Source: Desulfobacterales bacterium (GTDB lineage Bacteria > Desulfobacterota > Desulfobacteria > Desulfobacterales > UBA5616). From it: a stretch of 64,000 nucleotides of DNA. The position numbers and the translations under genes were made by a program. Shown here piece after piece: positions 30,097 to 40,137 of this stretch. The notes under the pieces are model-generated. The model worked only from the letters and a program-made list of their open reading frames with translations, did no database searches and was not told the DNA's origin. The stretch lies in contig JAWODC010000009.1 in assembly GCA_046483495.1 (NCBI GenBank), positions 32,001 through 96,000 of the forward strand, in the 5' to 3' direction. How positions within the stretch are numbered: the first letter of the stretch is position 1; each line of letters opens with the position of its first letter.

Positions 30097-30260
30097 AGGG
30101 GCGCCCGCCCCTCGACCACGCTTCATCAACACGAAAATTTATTCTTTTAACACCAGATAAAATCGCCTGTCAAGGCACATTTTCGAACGGAAAAACCGGC
30201 GGTCAGCGGAAAAAATGAAACGTCAAACGTCGTGATGATGGCCGTCACCCATAACATGAA

Positions 30261-30545
30261 TCATTCCACGCAGATGATATCTTTATTGGCCTCGTAAGTC
30301 CTCAGGCCGATGCCTTTCACTTTCATGATCTCCTGGGGTTCAGTAAAGGGACCCACGTTTTCCCGGTAGTCGATGATCCGCTGTGCGTATCGCGGACCGA
30401 TACGATTCAGGGTGGTCAATTCCTCCAAGCCGGCTGTATTGATATTGATTTTGACCGCCGTTTCTTCGGATACGGCCGGATACGGAAACAGCATCACAAT
30501 CATCAAAATCGCCAGCAGCGGTGTCATTGAGGCAATTCGTTTCAT
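30261..30545 (-). CDS. comEA: ComEA-like helix-hairpin-helix DNA-binding protein
   Basis: Signal peptide, KININTA..EL, IGPRYAQRIIDYR, VKGIG. Confidence 0.9.
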   Translation of the reverse strand: MKRIASMTPLLAILMIVMLFPYPAVSEETAVKININTAGLEELTTLNRIGPRYAQRIIDYRENVGPFTEPQEIMKVKGIGLRTYEANKDIICVE

Positions 30546-30721
30546 TGTAAACCTCCTTTTGTAAGTGGCGGTAAGTTGTTTATGAGTGACAGGCCATTAG
30601 CGGTTATAATAGAATTTATAAAATAAAAGTCAACTACAAAATACGTAAAAATTACATCAGAAAACGACATATAGTTATAAAAAATATAAAATACAATAGA
30701 TTATAGAAAAAGCAACATACC

Positions 30722-30790
30722 ATCGAAATCGGGATCGGTATCGGTATCGAAATTAAAAAAGAAAAAAACGATCCCGATTTCGATTTCGAT
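30722..30790. repeat. Hexamer inverted array, copy 2
   Basis: Same arms and near-identical A-rich loop as 7443-7530. Confidence 0.88.
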
Positions 30791-30906
30791 GGGAAGGAAC
30801 GTGCGACAGGTGGCGCGCAGAGGAATCCGTCAAGCGGGAGAAAAAATCGGTAAAGTGAGAATGGTATGAAAGCGTGGACCGGTTATGGGTGTCGATGTTG
30901 CCCGGA

Positions 30907-31797
30907 TTACTGCAGGGACAACAGGTGTGATCTCAAGTTGGCCTTTTTGTTGCCGATTCCGATTTTCGTGCGTATTTTTTTTCGGTGGGTTTCGATGGTC
31001 CTGCCGGACAGATTCATCAACTCCGCAATTTGTTTTGTCGTTTTCCCCTGCTTGATGAGATTGGCGACCTGGATTTCCATGGGTGTGAGCTTCATGAATT
31101 TCAAGGACATATCCCTGACAAAAGGAGAAATGATATCGTCGATATTCAACTCGATGACATTTACCAAAGCATACTGAAGTGCGCTGAGTTCCGTTTCCTT
31201 TAATTTTGCGATATAGGGCTTGATCAATTCCTTGACATTGTAAATCATTTTTTCTTCCGTCTCCACCCGATCCTCGTCCCTTTTCTTCAACAATACCCTC
31301 AGCGCCGTGTTGGACTCTTCCAGCATCATTTTTTTCATTTCGAGGTTTTCGTTGGATTTGGACAATTCGCTGATCTGCGCCGACTGCTTGGTGACATCAC
31401 GCGCAATGCCGCCGATCATCTTGATCTCACCCTGCTGAGATAATGGAAATTTAATGACGTGGTAAATTCTTTTTTGGCCGGCTTTTTCTTCCATGGTTTT
31501 TAACTTATCGATGACATCGCCGGACAGAACTTTTTTGTGCTCTTCGATTATGTTTTCGGCTGTTCTTTTCGGTACGGTTTTATGGGCAGGCTTCCCTAAA
31601 TGACCGTTTTTTTCTAATTTCCCGTACATTACCTGATTCATGTAGATGAAATGATTTTTTTCATCCAGTATGTAGGCCTCGCAGTCGAGTTGGTCCAAAA
31701 ACGCCGAGAAACGGCTTTCCACCTCCTTAAGATGGTTCACCTGGTTTTGCAACTCGGCGATCTCTATTTCAAGTTCCCTGTTAGATGAATTCGCCAT
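30907..31797 (-). CDS. PAS-domain LuxR-family transcriptional regulator
   Basis: PAS domain ending GIARDVT, coiled coil NTALRVLL, LTPMEIQVANLIKQGKTTKQIA..TIETHRKKIRTK HTH. Confidence 0.9.
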   Translation of the reverse strand: MANSSNRELEIEIAELQNQVNHLKEVESRFSAFLDQLDCEAYILDEKNHFIYMNQVMYGKLEKNGHLGKPAHKTVPKRTAENIIEEHKKVLSGDVIDKLKTMEEKAGQKRIYHVIKFPLSQQGEIKMIGGIARDVTKQSAQISELSKSNENLEMKKMMLEESNTALRVLLKKRDEDRVETEEKMIYNVKELIKPYIAKLKETELSALQYALVNVIELNIDDIISPFVRDMSLKFMKLTPMEIQVANLIKQGKTTKQIAELMNLSGRTIETHRKKIRTKIGIGNKKANLRSHLLSLQ

Positions 31798-32040
31798 GTG
31801 TTTTTCTCCAACAAGAATTTTGGTTAATTTTAGGTCCGACCCATAAGCCTTGCATTTTCACCCACACAACGATATATAAATCATTATCAAACATTTGTCA
31901 AAACAACCCTGCGGTATTTTTTATAAATTTATAATGTTAAACGAAATGACGGTGACAAAAAAAGATGGTCCGCGGATTCGGAACGCGATTTTTCGGATTC
32001 GAATCAGCGCCCGGCATAACAAAAGAAATTACGTTTCATC

Positions 32041-32754
32041 ATGACCGGATTAAAAGGAAATTTCTGTTTGTCCTGCGGAAAAGAAGAAGGAATGGGGCGG
32101 CGAAAATACTGTTCGTCGGAATGCCGACAGCGGCTGCAGTTTCAGTTGAATATTCGAACGGGATTACTCAAAGCGTTGAACACGCGTTATGCGACGTTTT
32201 ACTTCAGCCGGTCCCGGATAATCATGGATGTGCTTCCGAATCACTCGAGATTGTTGTTCAGCTTCATGCTGCCGCGAACACCGGGGATGAAACCGGCTGA
32301 TGATTATGTCCGCCTGTCCAATTATTTAGGGGATATATGGTGGAAGGAAAAAAAAAGAACCGAAAAACGGTATCTGGCCAGTCGCCACGTGCTGAATTGT
32401 GCCCAGAAAGAGCCTGTTTGCACCGGAAGCATCGACCCGTTGGAAATGATCATTCCGGTCGTGAACGGCAAAAATCTGGCCTGTCTGGATCTGAAAAAAT
32501 CGGCCCTGACCTCGGATAGGGCTATGGAGCACATAAAATCCGCGTACCGGCGCCAGGCAAAACGCCACCACCCCGATTGTGGAGGGGAGGCAAAACACTT
32601 CAGAAAAATACATGACGCTTATCTGCAGCTGTTGGAGTGGTCTGAGAACCCGACATTCCGAAGATGCCGGGGATTCAGCGATAAGTGGTTTTATGACGGC
32701 ATTCAAAACCGATGGATGCGGCCGTCCCCGTTTGGGGTATTGGAGAAATCGTAA
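32041..32754 (+). CDS. J-domain protein with N-terminal zinc finger
   Basis: CLSCG..RKYCSSEC; IKSAYRRQAKRHHPD.GG..F..I..AY J-domain. Confidence 0.82.
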   Translation: MTGLKGNFCLSCGKEEGMGRRKYCSSECRQRLQFQLNIRTGLLKALNTRYATFYFSRSRIIMDVLPNHSRLLFSFMLPRTPGMKPADDYVRLSNYLGDIWWKEKKRTEKRYLASRHVLNCAQKEPVCTGSIDPLEMIIPVVNGKNLACLDLKKSALTSDRAMEHIKSAYRRQAKRHHPDCGGEAKHFRKIHDAYLQLLEWSENPTFRRCRGFSDKWFYDGIQNRWMRPSPFGVLEKS

Positions 32755-32900
32755 TAGGCAATAGGTTATGGGTAATGAGTAATAGGTTATGGGTTATGTG
32801 GGGAGGTGACACGTTGCGCCGGTTGGCTATTTCCCAATTGCCGTTTTTTCACAATTCCTCGTCAGCGGCTTCGCACGATTCACGATTCACGATTCACGAA
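32754..32900. repeat. Heptamer arrays (ATRGGTT)n and (CACGATT)n between convergent genes
   Basis: ATAGGCAATAGGTTATGGGTAATGAGTAATAGGTTATGGGTTATG at 32754-32798; (CACGATT)3 plus CACGAAT at 32874-32901. Confidence 0.8.
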
Positions 32901-33488
32901 TTAAATCTCGAATACCGTACGAATTCCCTGCAGCAGCAGTTCCACTGAAATCGCCGTTAGGATAAGTCCCATCAGGCTTTCGACGGCATTGAGCACTTTT
33001 TCGCCTAAAATCCGGTAAAGTTTCGAAGAGAGCAGAAGAATGACGGCGCTTGCCAGCCATGCCAGAAAAAGCGAGAGCATCCATTCCGGCAGGCGGGACG
33101 GTTCACGGCCCATGAGAAGGAGAATGGTGCCCATGGCGGAGGGTCCCGCAATGGCTGGAACCGCAAGCGGCACGATCAGCGGCTCTCCTTGTGGAGAGCC
33201 TTTAAACATGGATTCCATTTCGCCGAACACCATTTTGATGGCAATCAGAAACAGCACGATGCCTCCGGCGATGCGAAGCGAAGGCTCGGAAATGTGCATG
33301 ATGTTTAGAAAATAGGGCCCTGCGAATAGAAAAACCACAAGAACGAAAAGCGCGATGAGAAGTTCACGAAAAATGATCCGCTGCCGTCTTTCCGGAGGGA
33401 CAAGCTTCAATATGCTCATGAAGACGGGGATATTTCCGAAGGGGTCCATCACAAGAAACAACAATATGGCTGCGGAAACGACCGTCAT
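32901..33488 (-). CDS. MarC family membrane protein
   Basis: MDPFGNIPVF, IAGGIVLFLIA, VPLAVPAIAGP. Confidence 0.92.
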   Translation of the reverse strand: MTVVSAAILLFLVMDPFGNIPVFMSILKLVPPERRQRIIFRELLIALFVLVVFLFAGPYFLNIMHISEPSLRIAGGIVLFLIAIKMVFGEMESMFKGSPQGEPLIVPLAVPAIAGPSAMGTILLLMGREPSRLPEWMLSLFLAWLASAVILLLSSKLYRILGEKVLNAVESLMGLILTAISVELLLQGIRTVFEI

Positions 33489-33670
33489 GCCAATCGCGGC
33501 CTCACAAGAGATTCAGATTCAGTATTATTATCATGTTTCAACTTCCGGCTTACATATCCAATGAAGGTTCTCCATCCCGTCTCGCTCGTCGCGCCCGTCC
33601 CGCTTTCCCGTCGGCGAACGGCCCGATCCGATCTGCCATAAACCCCGAAAGCTGAATTATAAAGTAAGCA

Positions 33671-34681
33671 TCACTCCCAAACACCATCGATTCGTGCGCC
33701 GCATGCGCCGCATAGACCTTGATTCAGGTTTTTCTTCAGCACCTGCCTGGCCGTTCGATGAACCACCTTTTCTCCGCACTGGTGGCAGTAGGTATCGTTA
33801 TCGGCCGGAATATTGCCGAGGTAAATGTACCGCAACCCGTTTTTTGTGCCGATTTCCCGGGCCTTTATCAGCGTTTCTTCAGGTGTCGCTGAATGGTCCG
33901 TGAAACGGTAATCCGGATGAAAACGGCTGATATGCCATGGGATTTCCACTCCCGTCTCCGCGATAAAGCCGGCCAGGTCATCGAGTTCCGCTTCGGAATC
34001 GTTTTCATCCGGAATGATCAGGGTGGTGACTTCAACCCATATACCCAGCCTTTTCATGTACTTGACGGAATCCAGAACGGGTTTGAGGCGTGCTTCGCAA
34101 TTGTTTTGATAGTAGGAATCACGGAATGCTTTGATATCGACGTTTGCCGCGTTCAGGTAAGGGGCGGCGGCGTCAAGCGCCCGGCGCGTCATGTATCCAT
34201 TGGTGACAAAGACATTTGAAAGACCCTTTTCGGCGGCCGACTTGCTGATTTCAAAGGCATATTCAAAAAAGATAGTGGGTTCCGTATACGTGTAGGAAAT
34301 GCTTCGGCAGCCGTTTTCCAATGCGGCGTTTGCGATCTCGGCGGGTTGAACCGCCGGCATGCGAAAAGCCGACCCGTTTTTTTCATCGATCTGAGAAATC
34401 TGCCAGTTTTGGCAGAACCCGCAGTGAAAATTGCAGCCGGCTGTAGCAACGGAGTACGACCAGGTTCCGGGCAGGAAATGGTACAGCGGCTTTTTCTCGA
34501 TCGGATCCACGTGGCGGGCGATGGGTCTGCCGAATACGTGGGTGTAAAGCCGCCCGTCTATATTTTGCCGTACCCGGCAGAATCCGTATTCCGATTCCGG
34601 TATTAAGCAGTGATGGGAGCACAGGTGGCAGTGAACTTTCTTATCGGCTTTTTGATCGTAAAGCATGGCTTCGGTTTTCAT
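33671..34681 (-). CDS. AmmeMemoRadiSam-type radical SAM enzyme
   Basis: CHLCSHHC, DPIEKKPLYHF.PG, GCNFHCGFCQNW, YTYTEP, WHISRFHP, C-terminal CxxC pairs. Confidence 0.92.
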   Translation of the reverse strand: MKTEAMLYDQKADKKVHCHLCSHHCLIPESEYGFCRVRQNIDGRLYTHVFGRPIARHVDPIEKKPLYHFLPGTWSYSVATAGCNFHCGFCQNWQISQIDEKNGSAFRMPAVQPAEIANAALENGCRSISYTYTEPTIFFEYAFEISKSAAEKGLSNVFVTNGYMTRRALDAAAPYLNAANVDIKAFRDSYYQNNCEARLKPVLDSVKYMKRLGIWVEVTTLIIPDENDSEAELDDLAGFIAETGVEIPWHISRFHPDYRFTDHSATPEETLIKAREIGTKNGLRYIYLGNIPADNDTYCHQCGEKVVHRTARQVLKKNLNQGLCGACGARIDGVWE

Positions 34682-34859
34682 GTCTGTCCTTTCTCCAAAT
34701 GTTTCAACCGGCGGCATTCATGCAACGGTGCAAAGGCACGGCGCAGGAACACGGCGGCATCAAAACATAAAAACCTGCAGTTCGGTATGGAATAACTGCC
34801 TGTTACCACAATACCGTTCCGATTCACAATTCAGAAAAACCTGTGCAGGCCCCGGATCT

Positions 34860-36083
34860 TTAGAAGTAATACCCGAAGTTCACATTGAACCGGTATTCCC
34901 ATTCGTCCGTCGGATTCGCCCCAAAGCGATTGCTGGAAAAAAAGTCCAGTACGGCGGGTCCGCCGTATCCGGCCTCGTTGCCGACAAAGTCATTTCCGTT
35001 CGAAAACGCCAGATCCGTGTAAATGTACCATCCGCCGCTGGCCCAGGCGGACCCCACGATGAACATCTGGCTGTCGTTGAAGTCATCATTGTCTTTTATG
35101 ATCGCGCTGTATTCGACGTAGGGCAGAATATAGTCCAGCCATTCCAGCTGATCGGTATTGTAGCGGTAGCTCAGCGATGCCGCCGGAACCCATGCCTCGG
35201 CCGCCACCAGCGTCGGAAAATCGTAGGCACCGAATTGAACCAGCTCATCGGTTCCAATGGGCTGTTCATCATCCACATCATAGGAGTAGTAGGTCAGCTG
35301 CATGGCAAGCGTCCAGTTGCCGAGCTTCGGAACCGCATGAACCGATCCGGCAAAATGGTCGCCGTCGTCCTGGGGCCCCTCGCTTTCCAGCAGGCCGTAC
35401 TGGAGCGATGCGCCCACGGCTGCATTGGGAAACGCATAGATCGCCCGCAGGTTGAACTGGTGGCGCTCTTCATATCCGTCGCCGGATTCGTTGACCACGT
35501 CGTAGGAATAGCGGGCACTGTCCTCGGTGATCCCGTAATAGTCTCCCTCGTCCATGACGTAATAGGCCGCATCGATGGTCCAGTTTCCCATAGAGGTAAT
35601 GTACTTGACGCCGAGGTCCATGTCGTCGGAAAGCCCGAGATAATAGTGCTGGTCGAACAGCCAGCTCTGGGAGACTCCGTACGGTCCCGGGCCGAAGGGC
35701 ACCCGGTTGACCCCGACCTGAACCTGGGCACCGCCGGCGAAATTGTAGCCGACCCAGCCGGTATGCAGAAAATGATAGCCGTCGCTGTTGTTAACGTCAT
35801 ATCCCGGATAAAACCGGTATTCAGCCTTCCCCACCCAGGGGCCCTCCGCGAAATCGAGGTTGATGCGGAACGTGTCCAGCGCAAATGTCCCGCCGTCCTC
35901 CTCGGCACGGGACGGCCGGCCCGGTTCGGGTTCCGTGTAATCCCCGAAATAATAGTTGGCGCGTATCGCCCCGCCGATGGAAAGCGGTCCCACCTCGAAT
36001 GCCGGGGTGTTGTTCGGAAAGCTGAACATAAAAGCGGCTATTGCGGCCGCAGCCAATGCTTTTTTAAAGAAAATGCCGTTCAT
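34860..36083 (-). CDS. Outer-membrane beta-barrel/porin downstream of proVWX
   Basis: Signal peptide, Tyr/Gly/Asp-rich beta pattern, C-terminal RFNVNFGYYF. Confidence 0.8.
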   Translation of the reverse strand: MNGIFFKKALAAAAIAAFMFSFPNNTPAFEVGPLSIGGAIRANYYFGDYTEPEPGRPSRAEEDGGTFALDTFRINLDFAEGPWVGKAEYRFYPGYDVNNSDGYHFLHTGWVGYNFAGGAQVQVGVNRVPFGPGPYGVSQSWLFDQHYYLGLSDDMDLGVKYITSMGNWTIDAAYYVMDEGDYYGITEDSARYSYDVVNESGDGYEERHQFNLRAIYAFPNAAVGASLQYGLLESEGPQDDGDHFAGSVHAVPKLGNWTLAMQLTYYSYDVDDEQPIGTDELVQFGAYDFPTLVAAEAWVPAASLSYRYNTDQLEWLDYILPYVEYSAIIKDNDDFNDSQMFIVGSAWASGGWYIYTDLAFSNGNDFVGNEAGYGGPAVLDFFSSNRFGANPTDEWEYRFNVNFGYYF

Positions 36084-36196
36084 CTTTGATTTTTCCTCAT
36101 ATCGGTAAACGTATGAACCGGCATCCGTATGTTACCGGATGCTCGACCCACTCACGCCCGGAATTTTGAATTCCCGTGTATTGCCGGTATGGGTGC

Positions 36197-37111
36197 TTAT
36201 TTTGTTTTTGCCTTCTGAGAGGCCAGTTTCCCGGTAACCCAGTACTTTACCCGTTCGGGATTCGCCTCGATATACTCCTCGGCCGCCTGTTCATACGATG
36301 TTTCGTTTGCCTTCAGCATCATGGCTTCCAGGTCTTCCAGGGGCAGGAACATTCGGCACAGAAAAGCGACCACTTCCGGATGATCCTGGTAAAACCCGGT
36401 GCGGGCGAGGACGGAAACCTGTTCCAGTCCGCCCAGCGAGCCCTTTGGATCTTCCAGGTAACGCAGGTCCCATTTGCCGAATTTCCAGTGGGGGCTCCAG
36501 CCGGTTACCACCACCCATTCTTCGTTTCGTACGGCCCGTGACAGGGCAGCCGTCATGCCGGCGCCGCTCGAGGAAACGAGCTTGTAATTTTCCAGGCCAT
36601 ACGCCTCGATTGCTTTTTCGGACAACTGCATCAGGCCGGCTCCGGGATCGATGCCCTGGATCTGACCGTTCAACTTTTCGGCGACTTCCGGCTTCTTCAG
36701 GTCTTCAATCGAAGCCAGTTCGCTCTCGGGAATGTAACTCGGGACCACCCATCCCAGTCGGGCATTCAGGTAAAAGGGCCCGAGGTTCATCACCTGGCCG
36801 CAGGTTTTTTCATGATAGTTCTTATGCGTTTCAGGCAGCCATGCCATCAGCATCAAATCGATCTGCCCCTCAGCCAATCCTTGATACATAATGCCGATAT
36901 CCGCCAGGGTCATTTTGACGCTGTAGCCCATTTTTTCTTCGAGAATGCGCTTGACCAGGTTCGTGGTCGCCTCCGTGCTGGACCACGCCGTCCACCCGAT
37001 ATTGATCGATTTGCTTTCCTGTGCCGTTGCCGGCCCGCCGAACATCAGCAACAGGACCAGGCAAAGGGCTCCGGCCGTAAAAAAGAAGCGTTTTTTGGTG
37101 AAAATCATCAT
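36197..37111 (-). CDS. proX: Glycine betaine ABC transporter substrate-binding protein (OpuAC type)
   Basis: AWLPETH, GIDPGAGLM, SSGAGM, VVTGWSPHW, YLEDPK. Confidence 0.93.
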   Translation of the reverse strand: MMIFTKKRFFFTAGALCLVLLLMFGGPATAQESKSINIGWTAWSSTEATTNLVKRILEEKMGYSVKMTLADIGIMYQGLAEGQIDLMLMAWLPETHKNYHEKTCGQVMNLGPFYLNARLGWVVPSYIPESELASIEDLKKPEVAEKLNGQIQGIDPGAGLMQLSEKAIEAYGLENYKLVSSSGAGMTAALSRAVRNEEWVVVTGWSPHWKFGKWDLRYLEDPKGSLGGLEQVSVLARTGFYQDHPEVVAFLCRMFLPLEDLEAMMLKANETSYEQAAEEYIEANPERVKYWVTGKLASQKAKTK

Positions 37112-37169
37112 TTCTTATACTCCTTTCCTGTAAAGTGAACGTATCTGCGAGCCCCGAACCGGATGCATG

Positions 37170-38042
37170 CTATCCGGTACCGAAGAGCTCCCGAATTCGA
37201 GTAACCAGCCGTTTTGTGCGGGGCCGGCCGAAACTCTGGGTAATCCGGTCGAGAATAATCGCCAGCAGCACCACGCCCAGCCCGCCCTCGAACCCCATTC
37301 CGATATTGAGCCGCTGAATGCCGCGCAGCACCGGGTCTCCCAGTCCGCCGGCGCCGATCATGGAGGCGATCACGACCATCGAAAGCGCGAGCATGATGTT
37401 TTGATTCACCCCGGCCATGATGGACGGCATGGCATTGGGAATCTGGACCTTGAACAGCAGCTGGGAAGGGGTGCATCCAAACGCCAGCCCCGCTTCGACG
37501 GTCTCCCTGGGCACCTGGCGAATGCCGAGGTTGGTAAGCCTGACGGCCGGCGGCATGGCGAAAATAATGGTGGCGATTGTCCCCGGAACCTGGCCCAACC
37601 CGAAGAACATCACCGCCGGTATCAAGTAAACGAACGCCGGCATGGTCTGCATAAAATCGAGCACCGGCCTGACCAGACGTTCCACCATATCGCTTTTTGC
37701 CATGGCTATGCCCAAGGGAATGCCGATGACCAGGCTGAACAGCGTGGCGGAAAGCACCAACGCCAGTGTGGAAACCATGTCCGTCCACAAATCCATCCCG
37801 ACGATCACAGCCATTGCAGCGAGGATGAACAGCCCCATGCGCCAACTTACCCGCCACCATCCGAGCAGGACGAGTATCAGTGCCAGGATCCACAGCGGCA
37901 GTGCGGAGAGTCCCGAATCGAGCAGACCGGTCATCCAGCCGATGGCAAATGAAATAATGTCGAAGAAGATTTCTGCATTGTCCAGAAGCCAATCCACCAT
38001 CAAGGAAATCCAATCGCCGATGGGAATTTGAAAATCGTTCAT
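37170..38042 (-). CDS. proW: Glycine betaine ABC transporter permease
   Basis: RPVLDFMQTMPAFVYLIP, RLTNLGIRQV, ALSMVVIASMIGAGGLG. Confidence 0.96.
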   Translation of the reverse strand: MNDFQIPIGDWISLMVDWLLDNAEIFFDIISFAIGWMTGLLDSGLSALPLWILALILVLLGWWRVSWRMGLFILAAMAVIVGMDLWTDMVSTLALVLSATLFSLVIGIPLGIAMAKSDMVERLVRPVLDFMQTMPAFVYLIPAVMFFGLGQVPGTIATIIFAMPPAVRLTNLGIRQVPRETVEAGLAFGCTPSQLLFKVQIPNAMPSIMAGVNQNIMLALSMVVIASMIGAGGLGDPVLRGIQRLNIGMGFEGGLGVVLLAIILDRITQSFGRPRTKRLVTRIRELFGTG

Positions 38043-39250
38043 GATTCTTCTCCCTTTTGCAATGCCTTCAGGTAAGTGGTTCGTGAAATGGATCCCCGAT
38101 AAATACCATCGCGGTCGACAACCGGAACGGGATAGGGGCCATTCGTCACCAAGGGCAGAACATCCTCCAGGAGCGTGTCCGCCTGCACCGGCGCAGGTGC
38201 ATCTAAAAGTGCTTTTTGGAATAAGGGGTTTTTGTCACGGATAACCCGCTGAAGCGAATCCACCGAAATAATGCCCTGGTATTTTCTTTTTCGATCCAGA
38301 ACGTAGGCACATTCACGGTCGTAGTCAATCAGCCGCTGAAGTGCGGCGCGAAGGCCTTTTTCCAATTCGGGACTGTGAATAATGGTGACTTGTTTGTCCT
38401 GGGCGACATCACCGGCGGTCAGCACCTTGGTGGGGTCGACCCCCCGGAAAAACGAGCGCACATACTCATCTGCCGGATTTTGAAGGATTTCATCGGGCGC
38501 TCCCACTTGAATGATCCGCCCCCCCTCCATAATGGCGATACGGTCGCCGATGCGCATGGCTTCATCCAGGTCATGAGAGATGAATACCACCGTTCGACCG
38601 GTGTCCGCCTGCAATGCCAAGAGCTCGTCCTGCATTTCGGCTCGGATCAGTGGATCCAGCGCGGAAAAGGCTTCGTCCATCAGCATGATTTCCGGGTCCA
38701 TGGCCAGCGCACGCGCCAGCCCGACACGCTGCTGCATACCGCCTGAAAGTTCGTCGGGATAACTGTCCGCGTTGGCTGCCAGGCCGACCTGCTCCAATGC
38801 CGCCATGGCCCTTTCCCTGCGTTCGTGAGGTGAGAATCCGCTTACATCGAGTCCAAATGCGGCGTTTTCCCATACCTTCATCCGCGGCATCAGGGCAAAC
38901 GACTGAAACACCATGCTCATTTTTCGGCGCCTCAGCCGAATGATCTCTTTTTTCCCGAGCCGGGTGATGTCTTCACCCAGAATAAATACCTGTCCGGCCG
39001 TGGGTTCGATGAGACGGTTGAACATGCGGACAATCGTTGATTTTCCGGACCCGGAAAGGCCCATGATGACGAAGATTTCCTTTTTTTTGATACTCAGGTT
39101 GGCGTTTTGTACGGCAACGGTGTTGCCGGTTTCCTGGTAGATGGATTCTTTATCCCGGTCTTTTTCGAGCATTGGCAAAGCGGCTTTCGGATCGGGTCCG
39201 AAAATTTTGAAAAGGTTGGTAACTCTGATAATTTCCTCGGGAACGTCCAT
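38039..39250 (-). CDS. proV: Glycine betaine ABC transporter ATPase with CBS domains
   Basis: [44 protein letters not shown]. Confidence 0.96.
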   Translation of the reverse strand: MDVPEEIIRVTNLFKIFGPDPKAALPMLEKDRDKESIYQETGNTVAVQNANLSIKKKEIFVIMGLSGSGKSTIVRMFNRLIEPTAGQVFILGEDITRLGKKEIIRLRRRKMSMVFQSFALMPRMKVWENAAFGLDVSGFSPHERRERAMAALEQVGLAANADSYPDELSGGMQQRVGLARALAMDPEIMLMDEAFSALDPLIRAEMQDELLALQADTGRTVVFISHDLDEAMRIGDRIAIMEGGRIIQVGAPDEILQNPADEYVRSFFRGVDPTKVLTAGDVAQDKQVTIIHSPELEKGLRAALQRLIDYDRECAYVLDRKRKYQGIISVDSLQRVIRDKNPLFQKALLDAPAPVQADTLLEDVLPLVTNGPYPVPVVDRDGIYRGSISRTTYLKALQKGEES

Positions 39251-39278
39251 TGCATCACCCCTCATTTTAAGTTCGTGG

Positions 39279-39347
39279 ATGGCCCACAACCCGCTCCGAA
39301 TTTTCGGGGTCGGCATAAGAACCCGACACTTACCTACGGCACGCCAC
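39279..39347 (-). ncRNA. Structured leader of proV; candidate Na+ (DUF1646-type) riboswitch
   Basis: GTGGC-GTG-CCGTA-GGTAAGT-[GTCGG/CCGAC and CCGAA/TTCGG hairpins]-GCGGGT-TGTGG-GCCAT forms nested stems. It resembles my recollection of the DUF1646 consensus, unverified. Confidence 0.5.
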
Positions 39348-39675
39348 ATTAATAAATTAAAATAATCCGATATTCAAGCAATTCAATGAGGGATAACATG
39401 TAGTCGAGCGTGTTTTAATCCGTATTGAAAACAAAATGGCTTATGATGTCGATGCTGATCGCGATAGCGGTCCTGATCTCGATTCAGGTTCGGTGCAGGT
39501 TACCTTTCAATACATCCCGTTGCGCTCGCACTGCTCGTCACGCCCCATAGAATACAGTGTTTTATAAACCGGAATACGGTCTTTACCTGATTTCGAAAAC
39601 GGTACTGAAATGCATAATTAGGGACGGATACCACCGCATTTTTTAAAAACACTTTAAAATGAAGGGAGGTAAGGC

Positions 39676-39891
39676 ATGTACGCGCTGAATTGGATCACCT
39701 TGGTTCTAATTATTGTCGGAGGGATCAACTGGGGACTGGTCGGCTTATTTAATTTCAACCTGGTTGCGGCCATTTTCGGTGAAATATCCTGGTTCACACG
39801 CCTGATTTACATTTTAGTGGGGATCTCTGCGATTTACGTCGCGGTTGTCAGCCCCAGGCTTGCAAAACCCGCATCGACCGTGCGAGCCTGA
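39676..39891 (+). CDS. DUF378 family small membrane protein
   Basis: LIIVGGINWGLVGLFNFNLVAAIFG..RLIYILVGISA; GGGAGG SD. Confidence 0.92.
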   Translation: MYALNWITLVLIIVGGINWGLVGLFNFNLVAAIFGEISWFTRLIYILVGISAIYVAVVSPRLAKPASTVRA

Positions 39892-39970
39892 CCACCGTTT
39901 CTTTTTACAGTGGTGGTAAAAAATCAACGTATTCTAATACGTTATCATCCCTTTTATTAAGTTAAACATT

Positions 39971-40008
39971 AAAAAGGGCGGATAGGGATATCCAGCCCTT
40001 TTTTTCTT
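39971..40008. terminator. Bidirectional intrinsic terminator
   Basis: AAAAAGGGCGGATA..TATCCAGCCCTTTTTTT between convergent DUF378 and ktrA. Confidence 0.75.
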
Positions 40009-40137
40009 TAGAGCATTTTATGTAGACGCCGGCTTTCTTTCGCGGTCACCTTTGCCTTTGCAAAACGGTTATCCGGCTAAGGTGGAAAACCCTGATTACG
40101 CCTGAAAAACTCCACTTTATTTTACTCTATAAAAAAG

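Noticed and set aside
34665..36089. 474 aa plus-strand ORF
   Set aside because: It is an antisense shadow of the porin gene, expected from codon bias.
39350..39675. c-di-AMP (ydaO) riboswitch upstream of proV or ktr
   Set aside because: I could not find the characteristic conserved core or a long enough structured leader; a CM search would be decisive.
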